Origin: Candidatus Melainabacteria bacterium 17Bon1m
Lineage (GTDB): Bacteria > Cyanobacteriota > Vampirovibrionia > Obscuribacterales > Obscuribacteraceae
DNA length: 64,000 nt
NCBI GenBank assembly: GCA_032128875.1
Contig: JAVLKG010000002.1
Span: 160,001-224,000 of the forward strand
Direction of reading: 5' to 3'
Part shown: positions 56,644 through 64,000 of the stretch, piece by piece
How the letters are laid out: each line of letters starts with the position of its first letter
Position numbering within the stretch: the stretch's first letter is position 1
The notes under the pieces: generated by a model
Seen by the model: the letters and a program-made list of their open reading frames with translations, nothing else
The model's database searches: none
What the model was told of the DNA's origin: nothing
Position numbers and translations under genes: made by a program

Positions 56644-58377
56644 TTACTTAGCAGATTTTGCAGCAATTTTGCCAGGCAATCTGTCGGTCTTCGAAATCAG
56701 GTTTTGGAACGCTGAGATGTTCTCTGCATACTCTGGACGCTTTTCTAACTCGTCCAGGCTTGCTTCCAATCTTTGGCTCCAATTCACGTCACCGGCTGCA
56801 CCGGGTTCGTTGAATCTTTGCGTTGTTCCGAGCAGGTCGGTGATCATTAGCAAAGCCATCCAACATGGGCTTTCCATCAGGACTTTCAAAAAGGTTTTGT
56901 GCAGCTCTGGCGTGAAAGTGAGCGGAGGATTTTCTTCATCGAGACCAAGGAAGCGCATCAAGCGTTGAACTTCCTTCCAACCTTCGCTGCCATCTGGACC
57001 ATGCCACCATTCGACTAATCTTTCGTAATAGGCTTTCAACGGCTCATGGTCGTGAGTTCCGTAAGTTCCTAAACTCAGTGGCTGCATATCTTCACTTGGC
57101 TCGAATTCACGTGTTTCTTCATCTCGTTCGAAAATCGGAATTGCAAATCCTGCCATTCCCAAACTTCTTAGGAGCGGACGGACATATTTAGGAACGCACC
57201 CGAGATCTTCTGCGACTATCCACGCGCTTCCAGATGCTTCCATGACCATTTCCAGGAAGACTTTTCCTTCTTGCTCGTTCAGTTTTGCCTCTTTGGGTTC
57301 GTCATCCGAGCGCGGGAGAAACTGTGGAAGATTCCCACCGGTTTTCTCTTTCGCTTCTTCTTCAGTTAGCTCAGTAAATTCCCAGTTGCGTTCTGGAATC
57401 CACGGGAATGAGTAGATTCGGAAAAATCCGAGCACATGATCAATGCGGAAATCATGAAAAATTGATGTCGCCATTCCAACGCGCTGACGCCACCACTGGT
57501 AGTTATCGGCTTTGTGCTTCTTCCAGGCGTAAAGCGGAACTCCCCAGTTTTGCCCCCACTTTGCCGTGAAGGGATCTCCCTGGAAATATGCTTCCGGTGG
57601 TGCGCCACCGGACCACTCAAGATCGAAAAGATCACGTTGTGCCCAAACGTCAGCGCTGTATCGACTGACACCAAATGGGATATCACCCATTAAGCGCACA
57701 TTTTTCTCATCAGCATACTTTCGAACTTCGTGCCATTGCTCGAATGCTTGCCACTGGACGAATTCGTAATAGCTGATTAGTCTTTCGAAATCAGCTTTCT
57801 TGGGACTCTTCGCTATAAATGCGATTGCCTTCTTAGGATCTCTAAAGTCTTCTTCCCACTGCGTCCATACGCTGCTGCCGTTATGGTGATCGACTAGAGT
57901 TCTGTATAGCGCATACGGAATCAACCAGCGCTCATTGCTCTTCTTAAACTCTGCAAAGCGTTTAACTTCTGCGGAGTTTTTCTCACCTTTCTTAAACGAG
58001 TCGAATGCGATGCGTAGAAGCGCGTGTTTAAGCGCTTTAACCTCATCGTACTTTACCGGTCCTTCATTCAATCTGCTGCGAACCGCTTCAGTCACGACCG
58101 AACGAAAATCCTCATTCGACAACCAAGGCATCACTTTTGGTGTCACCGTCAGAAGTGTCGGGTCGAGTGCGACAGAACTGATTGCCGAATACGGACTGTG
58201 GTCACCACCGGTCTCGTTAATCGGCAGCGTCTGCAATTCGCCAATCTCGTGGCGAGCGCAGAAGTCGATGGCTTGCTTGACGGCGGTTGTATCACCGACT
58301 CCCAAATCCTCGTTGTGCCGCAACGCGAAAACCGGAATCAAAACACCAGCAAGTTTCTTTTTCGGGTCAATTCTCAT
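56644..58377 (-). CDS. malQ: 4-alpha-glucanotransferase (amylomaltase, GH77)
   Basis: GVLIPVFAL, SPYSAIS, GDIPFGV, GAPPE, GQNWGVP, FRIDHVLGF, AEDLG, GTHDH, FNEPG..NW. Confidence 0.95.
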   Translation of the reverse strand: MRIDPKKKLAGVLIPVFALRHNEDLGVGDTTAVKQAIDFCARHEIGELQTLPINETGGDHSPYSAISSVALDPTLLTVTPKVMPWLSNEDFRSVVTEAVRSRLNEGPVKYDEVKALKHALLRIAFDSFKKGEKNSAEVKRFAEFKKSNERWLIPYALYRTLVDHHNGSSVWTQWEEDFRDPKKAIAFIAKSPKKADFERLISYYEFVQWQAFEQWHEVRKYADEKNVRLMGDIPFGVSRYSADVWAQRDLFDLEWSGGAPPEAYFQGDPFTAKWGQNWGVPLYAWKKHKADNYQWWRQRVGMATSIFHDFRIDHVLGFFRIYSFPWIPERNWEFTELTEEEAKEKTGGNLPQFLPRSDDEPKEAKLNEQEGKVFLEMVMEASGSAWIVAEDLGCVPKYVRPLLRSLGMAGFAIPIFERDEETREFEPSEDMQPLSLGTYGTHDHEPLKAYYERLVEWWHGPDGSEGWKEVQRLMRFLGLDEENPPLTFTPELHKTFLKVLMESPCWMALLMITDLLGTTQRFNEPGAAGDVNWSQRLEASLDELEKRPEYAENISAFQNLISKTDRLPGKIAAKSAK

Positions 58378-58434
58378 GTCGAATCTCTCATAGCAGACAT
58401 CAAACGTCAGAGTTCCGAGCGTTCGAAAAGGCGA

Positions 58435-59730
58435 TTAGACGCCGATTCTGTCGAACACTACGTCGATGTTTTTCAAGTACTCATTAGGATCGAAGCAGGA
58501 GGCGATTTCCTCTTGTCTCAAGTGTTTGGTTACCGATGGATCTTTGGACAAATATTCTTTGAAGTTGCCGTTGTCGGAGTTCCACGCTTTCATTGCGTTG
58601 GTCTGCACCAATTTGTACGACTCTTCGCGGCTCAGTCCTTTTTCTATGAGTTTGAGCATCACAGCTTGTGAGAAAATCACGCCGCCAAATACATCGAGGT
58701 TGCGCGCCATGTTTTTCTCATACACCACAAGCCCAGCCATAATTTTGGTGAATCTGGCAAGCATGTAATCGAGCAAGATGGTGGAGTCGGGCACAATCAC
58801 TCGTTCTACGGAAGAGTGACTGATGTCGCGCTCGTGCCAGAGTGGAATGTTTTCCAATGCAGCCATCGCATTGCCGCGCAATATTCTTGCCAGCCCGGTG
58901 ATGTTTTCCGAACCGACCGGATTACGTTTATGCGGCATCGCCGACGAACCTTTTTGTCCGTGCGAGAAGGGTTCTTCCACTTCAAGGACATCAGTGCGTT
59001 GCAAATGTCTGATTTCAGTGGCGAACTTTTCGAGCGACGATCCAATTAGTGCCAGCGTAAAGAGAAATTGTGCATGGCGATCGCGCTGAATAATTTGCGT
59101 GGAAATCTTGGCTGGTGTCAGCCCGAGGATTTCGCATGTCAATCTTTCCACTTCAGGCGAAATGTTGGAAAACGTACCTACGGGTCCACTAATCATTCCG
59201 ACCGAAATGTTTTCAATTGCGTCGTCAAGACGCTTCTGATGGCGTCTTACTTCTTCGAGCCACACGCCGAGTTTGAAGCCAAAAGTCATGGGCTCTGCGT
59301 GAATGCCGTGCGAGCGCCCGATTTGAACTGTTCCTTTATGTTTGCGAACCTGACCCAAAATTGCGTCGTGCAAATTGTCGAGTTCTTTTCTCAGCATTAA
59401 ACCTGCGCGGCGCATGTTGATGGCAAGAGCTGTGTCAATGACATCTGAGCTGGTCAAACCGAGGTGGATGAAGCGGGAATTCTCACCGACGTTCTCGTTG
59501 ACGTTGGTCAAGAAGGCGATGACGTCATGTTTGACTTCTTCTTCAATCTCTTTGATTCTTTCAACATCAAATGTAGCTTTGGCTTTGATATCTTTCAGAG
59601 CTTCTTCGGGGATGACTCCCAACTTGACTTGCGCTTCACAGACGGCGATTTCAACTTCGAGCCAAGTCTGAAATCTGGATTGGTCCGTCCAGAGCGCGCC
59701 CATTTCTTTGCGAGTGTAACGGTCGATCAA
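58435..59730 (-). CDS. purB: Adenylosuccinate lyase
   Basis: MIDRY, HDVIAF, HLGLTSSD, GRSHGIHAEP, GSSAMPHKRNP, WHERDISHSSVER. Confidence 0.97.
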   Translation of the reverse strand: MIDRYTRKEMGALWTDQSRFQTWLEVEIAVCEAQVKLGVIPEEALKDIKAKATFDVERIKEIEEEVKHDVIAFLTNVNENVGENSRFIHLGLTSSDVIDTALAINMRRAGLMLRKELDNLHDAILGQVRKHKGTVQIGRSHGIHAEPMTFGFKLGVWLEEVRRHQKRLDDAIENISVGMISGPVGTFSNISPEVERLTCEILGLTPAKISTQIIQRDRHAQFLFTLALIGSSLEKFATEIRHLQRTDVLEVEEPFSHGQKGSSAMPHKRNPVGSENITGLARILRGNAMAALENIPLWHERDISHSSVERVIVPDSTILLDYMLARFTKIMAGLVVYEKNMARNLDVFGGVIFSQAVMLKLIEKGLSREESYKLVQTNAMKAWNSDNGNFKEYLSKDPSVTKHLRQEEIASCFDPNEYLKNIDVVFDRIGV

Positions 59731-59918
59731 TGCAAAAACCTCGGCTCTCGCCTTTGCAGGCCTATGTGGGAACGAACGCTATTTTACGACGTCGCCCGCA
59801 TTGCCGCACTGGGCGGTATCTTTCGGTAAAGTTGCATCTTTAGAACCACCAGAGCTAATGAATCCCAACCGCGCTAGAATATCGGCTGTTTAGCCTGGCC
59901 CTCAGGAGATTAAATCGC

Positions 59919-60827
59919 ATGGCTTCTCTTACAAATGGAAGGGTTCTTTTGCCGGTTGATGTAACTCATCCGACCAAAGACCTGGCCGAACGTCTCGAAC
60001 AAATCATGCCTTTGTCGGGCTTGAAGGCACACTTGCTTTCTGTAAGAGAGGAATTGCCGTCTTACGAACGTTTGTTGGCTACAGTCGCCGATTTTCCTGA
60101 GGATGTGCCGCACGCTTTTGAGGCGAAGGCTAAAAAGGTCCTCGATGGCGTGGCCGAAACGTTGTCCAAAAAGGGCGCTGAAGTTTCGCAAGAATTAGTC
60201 TCTGGTCCAACGGTTGCGATGATTGAAAAAGTCGCCAGGGATGAAGACTTCACTTTCACGGCTTTGGCGCCCGGAGCGCATTCGAAGGTAGAACTTTTCT
60301 TTCTGGGCTCGACAACTCTTAGAGTTGCGAAGCACTGCCCAGGAATGGTGCTTGTATTGCGAAACGCACAAGACACGGGCGAACTCGATACGGTTGTCTG
60401 CGGGCTGGACGGCTCTGAGAATGCGAAAGCCGCTATGGTTCAGGCAATCAAAGCATTCAAACTTTCCGAGCGCAATGTCAAACTCGTATTGTGCAGTGTT
60501 GCGTTCGTTCCGACTGCTCTGACTTTCGTTTCGCCTGTTGAGTTTATCGCTGCGATTGAATCAAATGCAAATCTGGCGGCTGAAACCATTCTTGCCGATG
60601 GTGAGAAAACCGCGTGCGATCTTGGAGTTAAGCAAGAAAACATCGAATTGATGGCAAGACATGGTGATCCCTCCAACGAACTTTTGCAAGCCGCAAAAGC
60701 TAGAAAGGCTGGATTACTTGTAATTGGTGCCCAGGGTCATTCTGCAGTTGAACGCTTTTTCCTGGGCAGCGTTGCCCAGCGCGCTGTCATGCACGCACCA
60801 TGCCCGGTGGCAGTAGTACGAAGCTGA
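59919..60827 (+). CDS. Tandem universal stress protein
   Basis: Two USP domains: VLLPVD...FLGSTT and VVCGLDGSE...GAQGHSAVERFFLGSVA..HAPCPV. Confidence 0.92.
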   Translation: MASLTNGRVLLPVDVTHPTKDLAERLEQIMPLSGLKAHLLSVREELPSYERLLATVADFPEDVPHAFEAKAKKVLDGVAETLSKKGAEVSQELVSGPTVAMIEKVARDEDFTFTALAPGAHSKVELFFLGSTTLRVAKHCPGMVLVLRNAQDTGELDTVVCGLDGSENAKAAMVQAIKAFKLSERNVKLVLCSVAFVPTALTFVSPVEFIAAIESNANLAAETILADGEKTACDLGVKQENIELMARHGDPSNELLQAAKARKAGLLVIGAQGHSAVERFFLGSVAQRAVMHAPCPVAVVRS

Positions 60828-60940
60828 AACAGCCGTGAAAAGATGAAGCAGTCGCTTGAACGTGATTCAGCAATTCGACGCTGAGCCTAGGGAAGGAAAC
60901 TGAGTTTATAGTCAAATCTCATTGGAGTTTGTGAAAGGTC

Positions 60941-62116
60941 ATGAATCATTCTTCCAAACCGCGAATCATTGCCGCATTGTTTGCCACTTTGGTGGCGGTT
61001 TCCGGTAGTGTGCCTGCGTTCTCGCAGGATGGCATGGCTGCTGAGCAAGCCAGAGAAAGACAAGAACTCCAAGATATGCGCGACGAAGTCGGCGACATCA
61101 AAGGCACCATTAATGATGCTATGCGTCAGATGACCGAGTTGAATAATCAAATGAAAAACAATGAGTATTTCGAGGCTCATTTGTTCGCCAAAGAATCTAC
61201 AGTGAAGGTAGCTGGCGATGTTTCGATAACTGCTCTAACCTATAATGGAAAACTCCCCGGACCAGAGCTTAAGTTTTTCCAGGGCGATAAGGTTAGGCTG
61301 GTCTTGCACAATCAAATGAAGTTTCCCACCAGCCTGCATCTTCATGGAATGATTATTCCCGGAACAGTCGATGGATTGCCGCGCCCTGACTCGGGTATCG
61401 TGAAGCCGGGTGCAACTTATGCGTATCAATTCATCGCCAATCAACCTGGGACTTACTGGTATCACCCACAAGTCATCCATGGAGATCAGAAGGCGAAAGG
61501 TCTCTTTGGCTCTTTTGTAATTTTGCCGAAGGGCAATCAGCGTGCTGATGTGCCTGACAAAGATGTTGTACTTGTTATAGGCGACATGAAAGCTGAGTAT
61601 CGGAGTTCTGAGAGCAGAGCAAGCGCTCCATCCGGCGGTTATGACGGAGGCACCACTGCAAAAGGCGATGCCGCAAGTCAGTCGTTGTCTGGCTCACCAA
61701 TGCGAATTTTTCAAGCCGTTGCGACGAGCAAAAAAGACGCTCAAACTTTCTATTTGATCAATGGTAAAAGTGCACCAATGGCGCCACCAATCGATGTGCG
61801 CCGTGGGCAGAAAGTGCGCTTGCGCATCATCAACAGCGGGCAAACTGCCGTGCCGCTGCACTTAAGCGGACATAGATTCGAAGTGCTCGCGAGAGATGGC
61901 AGCGACATGCTGGAGCCTCGGGTTTACCGGGACACAATCACGGTTAATGCGGGCGAGCGTGTCGACGTTGAATTCACGGCGGACAATCCCGGACTCTGGG
62001 CGTTGGCGTCGGAAGTGTTTGAGCAAGCGTCGCGCGAAGGTCGCACTCCTGGTGGCATCGCTTGCATTCTGCGCTATACCGACATCGTAGAGCCAGCGTT
62101 GCAAAACCCTAACTAG
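60941..62116 (+). CDS. Exported two-domain multicopper-oxidase-like protein with degenerate Cu ligands
   Basis: Signal peptide; YNGKLPGP, TSLHLHG, PGTYWYH, LINGK, VRLRIIN, FTADNPGLW. Confidence 0.85.
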   Translation: MNHSSKPRIIAALFATLVAVSGSVPAFSQDGMAAEQARERQELQDMRDEVGDIKGTINDAMRQMTELNNQMKNNEYFEAHLFAKESTVKVAGDVSITALTYNGKLPGPELKFFQGDKVRLVLHNQMKFPTSLHLHGMIIPGTVDGLPRPDSGIVKPGATYAYQFIANQPGTYWYHPQVIHGDQKAKGLFGSFVILPKGNQRADVPDKDVVLVIGDMKAEYRSSESRASAPSGGYDGGTTAKGDAASQSLSGSPMRIFQAVATSKKDAQTFYLINGKSAPMAPPIDVRRGQKVRLRIINSGQTAVPLHLSGHRFEVLARDGSDMLEPRVYRDTITVNAGERVDVEFTADNPGLWALASEVFEQASREGRTPGGIACILRYTDIVEPALQNPN

Positions 62117-62136
62117 ACAGCGAAGCGGTTCTATAG

Positions 62137-62160
62137 CGTGGGGTCGCATTGCATGCGACC
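62137..62160 (+). repeat. REP-like palindrome
   Basis: CGTGGGGTCGCATTGCATGCGACC between convergent genes. Confidence 0.75.
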
Positions 62161-62189
62161 GAATTGGTATTGCGCATTGCACGCTACTG

Positions 62190-62495
62190 CTAATTGCCTT
62201 CTCTAAGCTGTTCCAAGCGCAGGTTCACTTTCTCTCTGGGCAGCCCGGTATGCTGGCAGAATGCGCTCCATCCAACTTCAATCACTTCTTCCCAGTGCTT
62301 GAAGAAAATGTCTGTGTTGAAATAACCTTCTCCCAGCTCGAAAGAATAATCCGCGAGAATTGCTTTTGCCATGTCATGCTGAATCATGTGCTGGAGGTCA
62401 AACCACTGATCCTCCACCGCCAACTCGAACAATATGCCGAGAAACTCCTTTTGAGAGTAACGACTTTCGGCTAATTGTTTGAGCTTATCGTCCAT
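62190..62495 (-). CDS. Small hypothetical protein (101 aa)
   Basis: MDDKLKQLAESRYSQKEFLGILFELAVEDQWFDLQH...; protein-like composition from ATG 62495. Confidence 0.65.
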   Translation of the reverse strand: MDDKLKQLAESRYSQKEFLGILFELAVEDQWFDLQHMIQHDMAKAILADYSFELGEGYFNTDIFFKHWEEVIEVGWSAFCQHTGLPREKVNLRLEQLREGN

Positions 62496-62710
62496 CTGAT
62501 TTGTGTGTGAAACTGACGACCGTGATTCCAACAAATTCTTTCTGACTTGTCTGCCACGAAAACTAAGGCGGGCAGGGTCTGGACATATCATTAAATTAGC
62601 ATAAGAGTGAGTTTTCGCATCCAATTCCTCTCAAAATTTCATCTACAGGATTGCCGAAAAGGCTGATATGTCCTTGGTTTATAATGTGCATACTCTCGAG
62701 GAGCATATCC

Positions 62711-64000
62711 ATGCCTAATTTGACGAATGCTGATTGGTTGGAGCGCGACACGCGTTATCTTGCGCCCACCTATCACCGATGCTTCGAGATAGTTACCGAG
62801 AGTGCTAAGGGCGCATATCTCTACGACGTCGAGGGCAACCAATATCTCGATTTTACGATGGGAATCGCCGTAAACAACGTCGGGCATTGCCATCCCAGCG
62901 TTGTAAGAGCTGCGCAGGCGCAAGTCGAAAAATTGATTCACTGCTCGGCTGTGACCCGTCATACAATGAATATCAAGCTCGCGGAAAAAATTGCTGAGAT
63001 CGCGCCCGCGGGGCTCGATTGTGTTTTTCTCAATAACAGCGGTGGGGAAGCTGTCGACGCTGCCATCAAAATGGCGCGCTTCGTCACAGGGCGACCCAAC
63101 GTCATTGCCTTCAACGGCGCATTTCACGGGCGCACGCTTCTAGCAACCGCGCTAACGACGGCTAAATCACATTATCGGCAAGGCTACGAACCTCTGCCTT
63201 CCGGGGTTCTGCACGCACCTTACCCTTACTGTCTTCGCTGCCCGGTGGGTCAGGTTCCAGGCAAATGCAAGCTCGAATGCTTCGATGTTCTTGAATCAAT
63301 GTTCGCGCATCAGGTCAAGCCAGATACGGTTGGTGCAATTTTGATTGAACCGATGATGGGTGAGGGCGGGTATGTTGTTCCGGCGACAGGCTATAAGGTC
63401 GACAACGGATACATGCAACGTCTGCGCAAACTTTGCGATCAGCATGGCATCATGCTCATCATCGATGAAGTTCAGTCTGGTTTTGGACGTACGGGGAAGT
63501 GGTTTGCATGTGAGCATTACGATGTCGTTCCGGACATCATGATTGTGGCCAAGGGTATTGCAAGCGGTTTTCCAATGGCTGGTATCGTGTCCCGTAAGGA
63601 ATTGATGGACAAGTGGACGATGGGACGTCACGGTAGCACATATGGTGGCAATCCAGTCGCGTGTGCCGCTGCTCTTGCATCAATTGATGTGATTGAGAAA
63701 GACAATTTGCTGGAAAACACTCGCAAGATGGGCGAGTATTTTATGTCTCGCCTCAATGAGTTTAAGTTGCAATATTCATTTATCAAGGAAGTTCGTGGGC
63801 TTGGCTTGATGATTGGAATGGAAGTCGCCGATGAAACGGGCGCTCCTGATGGCCAACTTATTGAAAAATTGGTCGACGAGTGCTTTAAGAGAAAGCTTCT
63901 TTTGCTGGATTGCGGTATAAAGAATCACATCATCAGATTCGTCCCTCCATTGAATGTAACCAAGGCGGAAATTGATAAGGCGATTTCAATTATCGAGGAA
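62711..64000 (+). CDS. Class-III PLP aminotransferase (GabT/ArgD-like), runs off the window end
   Basis: RBS GAGGAG, then MPNLTNADWLERD..., AKGAYLYDVEGNQYLDF, GHCHP, NSGGEAVD, FHGRT, DEVQSGFGRTG, AKGIASG, STYGGNP. Confidence 0.93.
   Translation, partial: MPNLTNADWLERDTRYLAPTYHRCFEIVTESAKGAYLYDVEGNQYLDFTMGIAVNNVGHCHPSVVRAAQAQVEKLIHCSAVTRHTMNIKLAEKIAEIAPAGLDCVFLNNSGGEAVDAAIKMARFVTGRPNVIAFNGAFHGRTLLATALTTAKSHYRQGYEPLPSGVLHAPYPYCLRCPVGQVPGKCKLECFDVLESMFAHQVKPDTVGAILIEPMMGEGGYVVPATGYKVDNGYMQRLRKLCDQHGIMLIIDEVQSGFGRTGKWFACEHYDVVPDIMIVAKGIASGFPMAGIVSRKELMDKWTMGRHGSTYGGNPVACAAALASIDVIEKDNLLENTRKMGEYFMSRLNEFKLQYSFIKEVRGLGLMIGMEVADETGAPDGQLIEKLVDECFKRKLLLLDCGIKNHIIRFVPPLNVTKAEIDKAISIIEE

Overview
A gene-dense, roughly 50% GC bacterial chromosome segment with about 40 CDS. 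I recognised no rRNA, tRNA, CRISPR array or transposase. The gene content includes cyanobacteria-like purB, serA, sbcC and kaiBC, many TPR and MshEN-like proteins, and no photosynthesis genes. This suggests a non-photosynthetic cyanobacterial relative such as Melainabacteria/Obscuribacterales; that assignment is an inference. Housekeeping genes are serA, udk, sbcC, rsmG, malQ, purB and a class-III aminotransferase. The window also has two-component genes and a glycan-modification cluster at 41-50 kb. Four things stand out. (1) A translationally coupled kaiB-kaiC-PAS histidine kinase operon with intact KaiC phosphosites and no adjacent kaiA. (2) A ~370 nt richly base-paired, terminator-ended orphan RNA candidate between two convergent genes (31487-31861). 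(3) A REP-like palindrome family with covarying stems, whose 5' foot plus flank is repeatedly amplified into short tandem arrays at independent loci. (4) Several apparent pseudo-enzymes: a multicopper-oxidase homologue lacking most Cu ligands, a GT4 fused to a phosphoglycosyl-transferase domain without its DE dyad, and a J-like domain without HPD.
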